DNA of 64,000 bases from Chthoniobacteraceae bacterium (GCA_031409335.1 JANNWY010000170.1:128001-192000); one strand, 5' to 3'. Counted from the stretch's first letter, positions 39,955 to 50,319 are shown. The notes: generated from the letters alone by a model not told the origin. Numbers and translations are program-made.

Positions 39955-41208
39955 GTGCCGCCCACTGTCCAACCTCGCCGATACCTTTGGGTGCTGCTTT
40001 GCATCATCGGTGGCGCGCTGCTCGCGATTGGAGCGTTCAATTTCGTTGCCAACCCATTCCGTGTTTTTGGAATGCCGCTTTGCGCCGGGTTAAACGATCG
40101 CGCACCGGACCTCTCTGGCTTCGATCGCATGGCAAAGCCCTACGAACTGTTGCGCATCCTGCCCCGTACTGTGCTTCTAGGTTCTTCCACGGCTCGCGCC
40201 GGTTTCAACTCGTTTGCGGATTGGGATACATCGCTACCGCAGCCCGCCTATAACTACGCTCTCCTCGGGGCCAGTGCGCACGAGCTTAGGCTCTCGCTCG
40301 CACAGGCTCTGCGCGAGTGCCCGGTCGAGACGGTCGTGATCGTCGCCGATTTCTTTGCATTCAATGCCCACTACTTGGACAATGAGCGATTCGAACCTGC
40401 GCGGCTAACGGCGGCCACGCGCCAATCCTGGCTCGGTTTTCGCAGTGCCGACCTTTTCGCGTTTACGATCGGGCGCGAGACCCTTGGATTGAGTTGGGAG
40501 ACGCTCCGCGAATCTCACCAAGCAGGGGGGAGCGGTAGCCCCGCTCCCTCATGGCAGGGCTACCCATGGCGCGTTCATTTTCGCAACTGCGAACGCTCCT
40601 ATCTCGTGAAGTGGTTTCCGCCGCCAGCCAGTAAGTATGAGTTCGCGTCCGCCCAGACAGGCGGAGACCGCCTCGCCGATTTTGATGCGATGCTGCAGAT
40701 GTGTGCCGGGCGTGGAGTCCGGCTGATCGTTCTGTGCCCTCCCATTCATGCGCGATTGCATGAATCACTCAACGCGGCTGGAGCATGGACTCACTATGAA
40801 TCATGGAAGCGTGAACTCGCCAGCCGCACCCGTGTTCAACAGACTCAGCGCTCTGCGTTGGGGCGCGTTGAATTGTGGGATTTTAGTGTTTTCAATGAAC
40901 TAACCTGCGAGCCACTCCCGGCGGATGCATCCGGTCCAATGCTCTACTTTTTCGACAGCGCACACTTCACACCAGTGTTTGGGCGCTTGCTCCTTCACGA
41001 GGTTCTCGACGGCGCAAGTTCCCATCCTGCCCGCCTTGGTGTGCGTCTCGATCAAGTCGATATCGAAACCCATCTTACCAGTGTCCGCGCTGCGCTTCAT
41101 GCTTTTGGCAAGGAAAATCCGGCAGTTGTTGCTGATGTCCACTTGGCTTTGGGTATAGCGGAGTCATCTGGCACCGCACCTATGGCAATTTCCCCTGCCG
41201 ATCGTTAG
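39955..41208 (+). CDS. Membrane-anchored SGNH-like partner of the MBOAT (AlgJ/DltD-like)
   Basis: N-terminal TM; LLGSS, YNYA..GA, C-terminal DxxH (FFDSAHF); directly follows the MBOAT gene. Confidence 0.65.
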   Translation: MPPTVQPRRYLWVLLCIIGGALLAIGAFNFVANPFRVFGMPLCAGLNDRAPDLSGFDRMAKPYELLRILPRTVLLGSSTARAGFNSFADWDTSLPQPAYNYALLGASAHELRLSLAQALRECPVETVVIVADFFAFNAHYLDNERFEPARLTAATRQSWLGFRSADLFAFTIGRETLGLSWETLRESHQAGGSGSPAPSWQGYPWRVHFRNCERSYLVKWFPPPASKYEFASAQTGGDRLADFDAMLQMCAGRGVRLIVLCPPIHARLHESLNAAGAWTHYESWKRELASRTRVQQTQRSALGRVELWDFSVFNELTCEPLPADASGPMLYFFDSAHFTPVFGRLLLHEVLDGASSHPARLGVRLDQVDIETHLTSVRAALHAFGKENPAVVADVHLALGIAESSGTAPMAISPADR

Positions 41209-41220
41209 AGTCGCGATTCT

Positions 41221-42435
41221 ATGCCTAGCCGGTTACTATTTGCCAGCCCATTGCTTGCCATGCCTCATCAGCACGGTGGGTGTGTCTATCCCGACGCGGT
41301 CCTCACTGCGCTCCACACCGCTGGCATGATGATCGACTACGCATGGCTGGCGTGGCCACTCCGACGCGAGCGCGTCGCAATGCGCAACCCTTTGCAGGCT
41401 GATTACGTCGATCGCGGTCACATTCCGGGGACGCGACAGCTCGGCAGGTGGCGCGTCCGTGCACCGAGCGAATGGCGTGTGCGACCACCCAAGTCTTCGA
41501 ATGGAGAATCTAGCTGGGAACTACTTCCGTCCGCGGAGGAACAACAGTTCTTCCGGGAACTCGTTAACCGCACCAATCACCGCGCGGTGCTCATTGATTT
41601 CACCACGACGCTCGCGGTGCTTGATGCACTATTGCCAGAGGAGCGGGCCAAGCTCACGGTAGCAGTACTTACCCACAATGTGATTCATCGCCGCACGCAA
41701 CTGTATTGCGAGCGCCGGTTGCCGCTTGATTTTCACCCACTCGGACGAGCGGAAGAAGCAGAATTGCTTCGCCGTGCCGATGTGATTGTAGCCATTCAAG
41801 AGCGGGAGGCGGAGGAATTTCGCAGGATGGTCCCGGATCGCCAGGTAATCGTGGTGCCGATGCCAGTGGAATCCCGGCACCGAGTGGCGTCTCCGGATAG
41901 TATCCGCCGATGCATTTTTGTCGGTGGTTACACCGGACACAACCTAGATGGCTTGCAGTGGTTTCTGGCCGAGGTGTGGCCTGGCGTGCTCGCTGCGTAT
42001 CCCGACGCGGAATTTGATGTGGTGGGTACGGTTGGCAAGGCCGTTCCAGCGGGTGCGCGGCGCGTTCGTGTTCATGGGCCGTTGGAGGATTTAGCATCCG
42101 TGTACGCGGGTGCATCCGTGTGCCTTGTTCCATTGCGTTTTGGCACAGGTCTGAAGATCAAGCTGATCGAGGCTATGGCACATGGGCGTTCGGTCATTGC
42201 CACTACCGCAGGGGCCGAGGGTTTCCCCGAGCTGGAATGCGGAGAAGTGATCCCAGTAACGAAAAGTGCGGAGGAAATGGTAAAAGAGATCAACCAGTTG
42301 TTGGGAAACGGCAGCCTTCGTGCAGCGCAAATTGCCCGACAGGACATGTGGTTAAAAAGTCGCTTCGCAGGTTCCGTCGCAGTGCGCCCGCTCTTGGATT
42401 TCTTCACGTCATGCGCGATTCCTCAACTCGCGTAG
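41221..42435 (+). CDS. GT4 glycosyltransferase
   Basis: FVGG..HNLDGLQWF, VPLRFGTGLKIKLIEAMAHG. Confidence 0.88.
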   Translation: MPSRLLFASPLLAMPHQHGGCVYPDAVLTALHTAGMMIDYAWLAWPLRRERVAMRNPLQADYVDRGHIPGTRQLGRWRVRAPSEWRVRPPKSSNGESSWELLPSAEEQQFFRELVNRTNHRAVLIDFTTTLAVLDALLPEERAKLTVAVLTHNVIHRRTQLYCERRLPLDFHPLGRAEEAELLRRADVIVAIQEREAEEFRRMVPDRQVIVVPMPVESRHRVASPDSIRRCIFVGGYTGHNLDGLQWFLAEVWPGVLAAYPDAEFDVVGTVGKAVPAGARRVRVHGPLEDLASVYAGASVCLVPLRFGTGLKIKLIEAMAHGRSVIATTAGAEGFPELECGEVIPVTKSAEEMVKEINQLLGNGSLRAAQIARQDMWLKSRFAGSVAVRPLLDFFTSCAIPQLA

Positions 42436-42539
42436 ATTCAATGCATCGAACATTGCCGAACCGGACTCGAAACCAACTATTCTACGTTGATGATCTTTTA
42501 CCGGCGATAGTAGCGTTCAATTTGTGACGTCGCCTTGCT

Positions 42540-43457
42540 TTGGTGGAGAAGCCAATCGTCAGTATTTGTGTCCCAGCGTATCGTGCTGAGCGTTATATTT
42601 CCGAAACGCTTGAGTCAGTTCGGGGCCAGAGTTTTACTGCTTGGGAACTCATCGTCACTGAGGATGGCTCGCGAGACCGAACCGAAGCAATTGTTGACTC
42701 TTTTAGCAGAACCGTTGCTCAGAAGGTTCGCTATGTTCGCCAGGAAATAAACCTTGGTCTCCCCGCGACCCGCAACGCTGGCATAACCTTAGCAGACGCT
42801 GAATGGATTGCATTGCTCGACAGTGACGATTTGTGGACCGTCGATCACCTTGAGAGTCTGGTACGCGCCACGCAGACAACTCCTGAAGCGGAACTTGTTC
42901 ACTCGGGATCAATATTGTTCCAAAGCGAAACTGGTCGTGATATCGACATTCGTGCGCCGTCGCCTGAACTTAGAGCGGTTTTTCCGCTGAGTTTGTTTGA
43001 TGCGCGCTATATCATTCAACCGGCGTCCGTGTTGTTAAGAAAAGCGTTGTGGCTACGAGTCGGCGGATTTAATCCTGCATTTCGGTATGTCGAAGACCGC
43101 GAAATGTGGCTTCGATGCGTTCGTTCTGGAGCTGTCGTAAAGTATAGTGGAAGCAATACCTGCCGCTATCGCAAGCATTCTGGAGCGCTTTCCAATCATG
43201 CTGCCGAAATGGCGGAAGCATCCGCTGCGGTTTTCGATCAGCATCTGGATTGGGAAGCCATCCCGGAAGATGTCAGACTCCGGTCCAGCGCCGAGATGTG
43301 GGCATCTGCCGGGAAACTCCGACAGCGGAGCGAACCTCGCATCGCAGCAAGGCACTTCCGCCGTGCTTGCTCGATTCAATTCAAGTGGGATTGGCGGGTT
43401 CGCTCGCTGATCCTTAATCTGGTGTCCTACGGTCGCCGGAAGACAAATGCTCTGTGA
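42540..43457 (+). CDS. GT2 glycosyltransferase
   Basis: VSICVPAYR, EDGSRD, RNAGI, LLDSDDLW, EDREMWLR. Confidence 0.9.
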   Translation: MVEKPIVSICVPAYRAERYISETLESVRGQSFTAWELIVTEDGSRDRTEAIVDSFSRTVAQKVRYVRQEINLGLPATRNAGITLADAEWIALLDSDDLWTVDHLESLVRATQTTPEAELVHSGSILFQSETGRDIDIRAPSPELRAVFPLSLFDARYIIQPASVLLRKALWLRVGGFNPAFRYVEDREMWLRCVRSGAVVKYSGSNTCRYRKHSGALSNHAAEMAEASAAVFDQHLDWEAIPEDVRLRSSAEMWASAGKLRQRSEPRIAARHFRRACSIQFKWDWRVRSLILNLVSYGRRKTNAL

Positions 43458-43540
43458 GGTTCCTTCAGCGACGATGCAAGAAATGCTAAAGCGCAGGGCG
43501 AGTTGCCAGTCCTAGCCATTTGGTCCCACTTCTAGCGACC

Positions 43541-44698
43541 ATGCGGATTGCTCCATATACATCATTTATTCTCGATGCGCTGCGGCTCCTTGCCGCCGCC
43601 GGAGTTGTCTTTGCCCATTTGGACAATTCAGGGCTATTTCCGGGCGCGGCGGCGCTTCAGGCATACGGGGGTTGTTTCGTGGTCACTTTTTTTGTTCTCT
43701 CCGGCTATGTAATAGCGGCGACAACAAACCCAACCCGGGCAGATGGCTTTCGCTATTTTGCAACACGATTTGCCCGTCTTTGGACGGTTGCACTTCCGGC
43801 ACTTCTTTTAGCGTTTTTGCTTCAAGAAATCGGAGGACGTGTTGCACCCGCATCCTTCGCTGAATTCGACAGGGGACATGCACCACTGCGCTATTTGCTA
43901 GCCGCGACTTTTTCCAATGAGTTCTGGTTCGTGAGCGCCGGCCCGCCAATGGTTCTCCCCGTCTGGTCGCTCGCGTATGAATTCTGGTTCTATGCGCTCT
44001 TTGGAATTGGTGTTTACATTCGTACGGTCAGGCTGCGTGCTTTGGCGATGTTGCTGACGGGCGTGGTAGCGGGGCCAAAAATTTTGGCGCTACTTCCGAT
44101 TTGGTTGCTTGGGGTTGCGGCATGGAAAAGTGTCCAATACCGGCACGTCTCTGAGAGGTGGGCTTTTACCATTCTAGGTTCTTCCGGTTCACTGCTGATC
44201 GGTTTGGTGATTGCACATCCCCGGTGGCCTGGGGGAATAGGCTTCGCTCCGTGGTTCTTCTCGGGCGCATGGTTTTCGGATTGGCTTTTTGGCATTGGAA
44301 TTGCGGGCTTGATCGTTGGCTTTGATGCCCGACTCCATTCGTGCCCAGTACCGCCTCGGTTGAGCGCGGTCGTCAGGCGAGGTGCTGGCGTTAGTTTTTC
44401 GCTCTACCTTCTCCACTACCCGCTGATGGTATTCTGTGCTGCTCTGCTTCCTTATGACCGATCAAACGTGGTCCACGTAGCGGGCATCCTGGCACTGATA
44501 TTTCTACTGGTTTACCTTTTTGGCTCAGTCTTCGAACCACAACGCAAAACTTGGGCACCCCGCCTGGAGGCTATGATGCGCCTTCTGTGGCCGAGTTCGA
44601 GTTCTGTTGCGGCGCGGGTTACATCACCGCGTGCCACAGTCGCGGTGACTTCCATCGTTCCCGGCATACCGGAAAAGACACGGGATTCCCGGCAATGA
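43541..44698 (+). CDS. Acyltransferase-3 (OafA-like) membrane O-acyltransferase
   Basis: LDALRLLAA..VV.AH, FFVLSGYVI, RFARLW, WSLAYEFWFY, SFSLYLLHYP. Confidence 0.92.
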   Translation: MRIAPYTSFILDALRLLAAAGVVFAHLDNSGLFPGAAALQAYGGCFVVTFFVLSGYVIAATTNPTRADGFRYFATRFARLWTVALPALLLAFLLQEIGGRVAPASFAEFDRGHAPLRYLLAATFSNEFWFVSAGPPMVLPVWSLAYEFWFYALFGIGVYIRTVRLRALAMLLTGVVAGPKILALLPIWLLGVAAWKSVQYRHVSERWAFTILGSSGSLLIGLVIAHPRWPGGIGFAPWFFSGAWFSDWLFGIGIAGLIVGFDARLHSCPVPPRLSAVVRRGAGVSFSLYLLHYPLMVFCAALLPYDRSNVVHVAGILALIFLLVYLFGSVFEPQRKTWAPRLEAMMRLLWPSSSSVAARVTSPRATVAVTSIVPGIPEKTRDSRQ

Positions 44699-45795
44699 CT
44701 TTCCTCTTTTATGTTCCTCAAATGGCGGAATATGGCGGAATGGAACGGCACGTCTGCCTCCTGGCAAATCTACTTTCGTCAATGCGTCATTCGGTTGTGA
44801 TGGTGACGACCAGCAATTCCTTGAATCAAGTGGACCGCGCGTCATTGCGGGCAACGGGGGTCGAACTCCGCGAAATGCCCGTCGCGCGGGGTAGAGCATC
44901 GAAAGCCCGCAAACTCGCGTGGTTGACACTCAATGTTATATCTTTGAGAGCAAGATCCTGGGACGTGATATGCAGCAACGGTCAAAGCTCACTCGCGCGC
45001 ATTTCATGGCTTGCGGCGAATGGAAAGACCCGGATCGTCCATCATCATCATACCGCGAGTAGTCCCGATGAGCTGAAAACGTGGCATCCAGCTTTCCGCC
45101 GCGCAATGGTCGCGTCACCGGAAATCGTGGCGTGTAGTGATTCAACCCGCGGCAATCTCGAAAAAGCATTGGAACGAAGGGACGTAGTATATTTGCCTTA
45201 TCTCACCTCAGAGATATGCTCTTCGTCTGCGGTAAAAGAAAAAAGCCATGAACCAGGCTCAAAGCTTCACTTTGGTTTCGTGGGACGGCTTGTCTCAACA
45301 AAAGGAATCGAAACGATTTGTAGGTTAAGTGGTGAGCCAATGCTCGCAGGAATCCGCTGGCATATACATGGGAGCGGAGAAGGCTACCCCAAGTCATATT
45401 TCGATGCCGTTCCTAATGTCCGTTTCCATGGTCCATACTCTGGCAATTCAGAATGCGCTGCAGTTCTACAAACCCTTGATGCTTTGGTGCTCTTTTCCCG
45501 ACACAACGAAGGAATGCCATTGAGCATCATCGAAGCGATGGCAGTGGGGCTTCCTTGGATCGCAACAGACCAGGGTGGAACACGGGAATTGGCCATCGTT
45601 TCGGAAAATACAGAGATTGTTCCGGCGCAGGCTTCTTTTGATGAGATCAAGACAAGCGCGCTTGCGTTCGCCACCCGGATTCGAACTGGCAAAACTTCGC
45701 GCGTCATCCAGAGGCGTGCCTACGACGAACATTTTGCGCCGGAAATCGTCGCAAACCGCTGGATGCAGTTTCTAGGCTGTCCTCGAACCGCATAA
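44695..45795 (+). CDS. GT4 glycosyltransferase
   Basis: YGGMERH, FGFVGRL..KG, EGMPLSIIEAMAVGLPWIATDQGG. Confidence 0.9.
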   Translation: MTFLFYVPQMAEYGGMERHVCLLANLLSSMRHSVVMVTTSNSLNQVDRASLRATGVELREMPVARGRASKARKLAWLTLNVISLRARSWDVICSNGQSSLARISWLAANGKTRIVHHHHTASSPDELKTWHPAFRRAMVASPEIVACSDSTRGNLEKALERRDVVYLPYLTSEICSSSAVKEKSHEPGSKLHFGFVGRLVSTKGIETICRLSGEPMLAGIRWHIHGSGEGYPKSYFDAVPNVRFHGPYSGNSECAAVLQTLDALVLFSRHNEGMPLSIIEAMAVGLPWIATDQGGTRELAIVSENTEIVPAQASFDEIKTSALAFATRIRTGKTSRVIQRRAYDEHFAPEIVANRWMQFLGCPRTA

Positions 45796-45802
45796 GCTCG
45801 TC

Positions 45803-46084
45803 ATGATCATCCTCTCGCGTCCGACATCCAGTACGAATGTCCGGCGGGCTGCTGCTGCACTTTTCGAGGAACTTCTTCCGGCAACCGAGTGGATACAGCT
45901 CAATTGTTCCAATTCGTTCAGCCTAAGTATTCGCTATACGCCTTGGAAACACTGCCAGCGAACCCGACACACTGTTGGCTTCTTGGCGCACACACTCATA
46001 GGGCAGAGTTACCTGAAGAAGATATCCCAAGCCGTCCGTGAAGCCATTCATCAGCCCGAATGGGTTCCGGTTGGAACGGAATGA
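45803..46084 (+). pseudogene. Probable internally deleted GT4 remnant
   Basis: 93-codon ORF in an operon position. Its N-terminus MIILSRPTSSTNVRRAAAAL resembles, from recall only, the MIxxSHPTGNxNVR start of GT4s found beside this kind of Wzy-like gene; no GT-B core is present. Confidence 0.4.
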
Positions 46085-46117
46085 AGCAAGCTTGGGCTTC
46101 TGCGATCTCCCATCAGT

Positions 46118-47536
46118 ATGAATTCAAAGCCGAATGCCGTCGTAAATTCGCCAGGCATCCGTGTGTTGATTTGGTCGTATCTATTCCTGTTGATGTTCGA
46201 AGGTGTCCTTCGCAAATGGGTGCTACCTGAATTGTCAGACGTGCTCCTCATTGTCCGCGATCCCTTTGTCCTGCTTATCTACGCCATTGCGCTCAGTCGG
46301 GGGATATTTCCGTTTAATGGGTATGTCGCTTCTCTGCTAATGATCGGGTTGGCTTCCGTAGCGACGGGCATGACGGTTGGTTCACAGAATCTGCTGGTCA
46401 CCGGATACGGATTCGACGCGATGTTTTTCCATCTTCCGATGATTTTTATTTTTCCAAAAGTAATGACGCGGGTTGACGTACTAAAAATCGGGCGCTGGAT
46501 ACTGTTGCTAACCTTCCCGATGGCAGTGTTGATGGTGATTCAATTTCGATCACCGCCCGACGCATTAGTTAACTGTGGTGCCAGCGGTGGCCTTGGTGCT
46601 CAAATCGGAGGTGCTCTGGGGAAGATTCGTCCGCCAGGTTTCTTTACCTTCATTACGGGCGCAGCTCAATTTCTTGCTTTGGCGTCGGTATTTTTGATTT
46701 TCGGCCTTTGGAAGAAAGCGACATACTCCCGGTTTCTTCTGATTGCGGCGGGCGTAGCGGTCGGAATCGCTGCCATTGTATCAACTTCAAGACTGGCTTT
46801 AGGTGGTATTGGAACGGTCCTCATTATGGTTGGAGTTATTCTCATGTATGATAGAAGGGGCGTCAGCAATGCTCTCGGAATGTTGATCCCGCTTGGCCTG
46901 ATTCTCGTGGTGGTCACAAACCTTGATGTGTTTAATGAAGGTCGAGAGGTGTTTGAAGCTAGGCTTCAAGAAACTGGGGACATGAAAACCAGTGTTATTC
47001 GGACCGCCTCCAACTGGACGATACGGGTATTCGGCGACGTGTATGGAGGCATGCTCGCGATACAAAACGCACCATTGTTTGGAGCCGGATTGGGGGTTGG
47101 AACAAACGTCGGTGCACGACTCTTGTCGGGCAGTCTGGGATTCCTCCTCGCGGAGGGAGAGTGGGCTCGGGTGGTGCTGGAACTGGGGCCTTTGCTTGCG
47201 CTGCCGTACCTCCTGACCCGTGTGCTGATTTGTTTCGCTCTCTATTCCGCGGCAGCAAGAAGTGCCCGCGGAGGAAATGCATTGCCGATGCTCCTGTTTG
47301 GAGCGTGCGCCCTATTGGTGCTCATTGGCCAATTTAGTCAGGCAAGTACTTTAGGATTTGCGGTAGTTGGAGCGGGCCTGTGCCTTGCTGCGACGAATCT
47401 TGCCACAAGTGCCGGCTTCCAAGGCGGGGAACTCGCGGTCGATATGCAAACCCACAAATTGACAGCGGAGAGGCCGAAAGGTCGTTCCCGTTATGCGGCG
47501 ACCCTTCATCAGAGCCACCCTTCTGGCAATGAATAG
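46118..47536 (+). CDS. Polytopic membrane protein, Wzy polymerase / O-antigen ligase-like
   Basis: About 11-12 TM segments; LMFEGVLRKW, IRPPGFFTF, STSR, PLFGAGLG, EGEWARVVLELG. Confidence 0.65.
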   Translation: MNSKPNAVVNSPGIRVLIWSYLFLLMFEGVLRKWVLPELSDVLLIVRDPFVLLIYAIALSRGIFPFNGYVASLLMIGLASVATGMTVGSQNLLVTGYGFDAMFFHLPMIFIFPKVMTRVDVLKIGRWILLLTFPMAVLMVIQFRSPPDALVNCGASGGLGAQIGGALGKIRPPGFFTFITGAAQFLALASVFLIFGLWKKATYSRFLLIAAGVAVGIAAIVSTSRLALGGIGTVLIMVGVILMYDRRGVSNALGMLIPLGLILVVVTNLDVFNEGREVFEARLQETGDMKTSVIRTASNWTIRVFGDVYGGMLAIQNAPLFGAGLGVGTNVGARLLSGSLGFLLAEGEWARVVLELGPLLALPYLLTRVLICFALYSAAARSARGGNALPMLLFGACALLVLIGQFSQASTLGFAVVGAGLCLAATNLATSAGFQGGELAVDMQTHKLTAERPKGRSRYAATLHQSHPSGNE

Positions 47537-48698
47537 CCAATCTCAAGACATGGGCATTCAAGCAGATGGTAAGTTGCGCATCAATTTGGTACTAGGACAC
47601 CAATTGCCCTTCCCACCAAGAGAAGGAGGCGGAGTGAACAATTTGCTCTGGATGTTAGCGCGACAATTTAGCAAATGTGGCCACAAGGTTTCGGTTTGTT
47701 CACCAAGCGCATCCTTGTTGGCGGAGGACGCAATTGACAGCTTTGGAATCAGGCATATTCGGTGCGCAGGAAGTGGATTGAAGAAAGGCCGGTGGCGCGA
47801 CAACCTTTCGGGCATCCCCTATGCGCGGAGGGTTTGGAACAGACTCCCGAACGCGGATGTAACCTCATTTCATGCACCATTTTCATTTTTGCTTCGGCAC
47901 AAAGCGGGAATCGGAGTCACCACACATACGATCCATCGGACTCCGAAATGGATTGTGAAATTGTACGGAAGAATGGACCGGATCTATGCCGGAAGCCGGG
48001 CAACGGTGGCCGAGGCAATCTCGATCGCTCCAGAACTCCGTCCGCGCCTGAAGGCGGTCCACAATTGCATCGAGTGTGTTGAAATGAATGGAGTCGGTGT
48101 CCGCGAGCCGTCCCGCGACTGTTCGTTTATTTATGTCGGTCGTTTTGTGCCAGATAAAGGCCTCGCCTCGTTGATTGGGGGCAGCATCAATGCACTCAAG
48201 TCAGGATGCCGATTGACCGTCACAACGATTGGTCCTCAGAGTGATGACGATGGAGCCGATTCGTCCTTCTTTCAGAGCATGTTGACATTGGTTCGCGACG
48301 CTGGAGCTGCCGACAAGATCATTTTCCGTCGGCCCATCAAGGATCGCGACGAACTGTTCGGTGCTATCGACCAGCACGATATCTTTTGCTTGCCGTCATT
48401 GTCTGGGGAGACGTTTAGCGTGGCGGCTTTGGAGGCGATGGCTCGGGCAAAACCGCTGCTCACATCCGACTATGGACCGATGCCGGAAATGGTGACAGAA
48501 GGGGTCAACGGTTTTATTGCGCGCGCGGGTGATCGTGATGCGTGGACCGATGCTATTTCCCTCGTGTGCAATCGTAGGGAGTCTCTTCCCGAAATGGGCT
48601 GGCAGTCATATCTAAAGGCACGCAATGAATTTAGTGTCGAGCGAATCGCCGAGGAATATATCGCAGATTTTCGCGAACTAATAGCGAAGCGCGCATAG
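47529..48698 (+). CDS. GT4 glycosyltransferase
   Basis: PPREGGGV, YVGRFVPDKG, PSLSGETFSVAALEAMA. Confidence 0.9.
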   Translation: MNSQSQDMGIQADGKLRINLVLGHQLPFPPREGGGVNNLLWMLARQFSKCGHKVSVCSPSASLLAEDAIDSFGIRHIRCAGSGLKKGRWRDNLSGIPYARRVWNRLPNADVTSFHAPFSFLLRHKAGIGVTTHTIHRTPKWIVKLYGRMDRIYAGSRATVAEAISIAPELRPRLKAVHNCIECVEMNGVGVREPSRDCSFIYVGRFVPDKGLASLIGGSINALKSGCRLTVTTIGPQSDDDGADSSFFQSMLTLVRDAGAADKIIFRRPIKDRDELFGAIDQHDIFCLPSLSGETFSVAALEAMARAKPLLTSDYGPMPEMVTEGVNGFIARAGDRDAWTDAISLVCNRRESLPEMGWQSYLKARNEFSVERIAEEYIADFRELIAKRA

Positions 48699-48699
48699 T

Positions 48700-49269
48700 A
48701 TGATGCAAGCCTTTGACAGGCCCGGATCACTCGGCACACCAAAGCCACGCTCGCCGTGGACATTCAAAGAGCGACTCAAGATGCTTTCATGGGAGTATTG
48801 TTGGGCATGTTTTTGTTCGTGGACGCCGAAACCGCTCAACCGGTGGCGATTGTTCTGGCTGAGGCTCTATGGGGCAAAAGTGCATGGAGTTCCGTTTGTT
48901 CACCAACGAGCCCGCATTCAGGTGCCGTGGAATATTACATTCCACGACATGAGTTGTGTAGGCGATCGAACGAACCTCTACAGCCTTGGCCCAATAGAAA
49001 TTGGGGAAGGTGCGGTAATCGCGCAGGAAGCGTATCTGTGTACCGGTTCGCACCGCTTTGACGAACCGGGTTTGCCACTAACGGTGGAAAAAATTACTAT
49101 TGGTGCCCGTGCTTTCATTGGCGCGCGTGTTTTTATATTGCCCGGAGTCACGATTGGCCATGGTGCGATTGTTGGAGCGGGCGCGGTGGTCTCGCGCGAC
49201 GTGGACGCCCATTCGATCAACGCGGGAAATCCATGCAAGCGCATTGGCTCGCGTCCCTTGCCGCACTAG
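48700..49269 (+). CDS. wcaF: WcaF-like polysaccharide acetyltransferase (hexapeptide repeat)
   Basis: PWNI, IAQEAYLCTGSH, FILPGVTIG.GAIVGAGAVV, AGNPC. Confidence 0.8.
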   Translation: MMQAFDRPGSLGTPKPRSPWTFKERLKMLSWEYCWACFCSWTPKPLNRWRLFWLRLYGAKVHGVPFVHQRARIQVPWNITFHDMSCVGDRTNLYSLGPIEIGEGAVIAQEAYLCTGSHRFDEPGLPLTVEKITIGARAFIGARVFILPGVTIGHGAIVGAGAVVSRDVDAHSINAGNPCKRIGSRPLPH

Positions 49270-49320
49270 CAAGATGCAACCAGAGATATCCACAAACGCC
49301 CCGAAGGTAGGAACCAAGCA

Positions 49321-50226
49321 GTGAAAGTTCCTGTTTCCATTCTCATCCCTATTCGCAATGAAGAAAAGAACCTTGATCGGTGTCTGAAAGCGGTTTGCTG
49401 GGCGGACGAGGTAGTGATTGTTGATTCCCAAAGCTCCGATGGTTCGCTTCGCATTGCTGAGGCACACGGTGCGAATGTATTTCAATTTCACTTCAACGGT
49501 GTTTGGCCAAAGAAGAAGAACTGGGCGCTGGACAACGTGCCCTTTGCCCATGAGTGGGTGTTTATCGTGGATGCTGATGAGGTTCTTCCTGCGGGTGCGG
49601 AAGCCGAGATTCGCGAAATTATCACAGGCGCGAAACCAACGATAGTCGGTTACTGGGTGAATCGAAGGTTTATGTTCATGGGGCAATGGTTGCGTCATGC
49701 CTACTATCCGAATTGGAATCTGCGTTTGTTTCGTCATCAGCACGGTCGCTATGAAAAGCTAACTGACTCTGCGACCGAAAGTGGGGACAACGAAGTCCAT
49801 GAACATATCATTGTCGCGGGCGAAACGGGGCGCCTCCAATTGGAGATGGACCACTACGCGTTTCCGTCGATCGAAGTCTTTGTCGAGAAACACAATCGAT
49901 ATTCAAACTGGGAAGCACGGGTGGAGCTTGATAAGCGATTGACGGCTGGGCGTTCCGCATTCGCGGTCAACGATGTTAGTTTTCGTCGCAAATTGAAGAA
50001 ACTCTCGCACAGTTTGCCGAACCGACCGCTCCTGCGGTTTCTCTATATCTATATTTGGCAGCGTGGCTTTCTGGATGGGAAGCGAGGTTACTATTTCGCG
50101 CGACTCCATGCGTTTTATGAATTTCTATGTGTTCTAAAGACTCGCGAAGCCGAACTGAGACCAGGCACCCAGCAAAACTGTGAACTGCCAACGGATCAAA
50201 CCCATGAGATGCCCAATGGAAAGTAG
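49321..50226 (+). CDS. GT2 glycosyltransferase (WaaE/KdtX-like)
   Basis: NEEKNL..CL, VDSQSSD, KKNWAL, IVDADE, EVHEH, KHNRYSNWEA, GFLDGKRG. Confidence 0.9.
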   Translation: MKVPVSILIPIRNEEKNLDRCLKAVCWADEVVIVDSQSSDGSLRIAEAHGANVFQFHFNGVWPKKKNWALDNVPFAHEWVFIVDADEVLPAGAEAEIREIITGAKPTIVGYWVNRRFMFMGQWLRHAYYPNWNLRLFRHQHGRYEKLTDSATESGDNEVHEHIIVAGETGRLQLEMDHYAFPSIEVFVEKHNRYSNWEARVELDKRLTAGRSAFAVNDVSFRRKLKKLSHSLPNRPLLRFLYIYIWQRGFLDGKRGYYFARLHAFYEFLCVLKTREAELRPGTQQNCELPTDQTHEMPNGK

Positions 50227-50319
50227 TTTGATTAGCGAAATGGAGGGCGCTCCAATCCCCTCGCGCAAGCCTGTGACGAGGGCGCTCATGCGCTCGATTC
50301 GATTGTGGGATTTAGCGGC

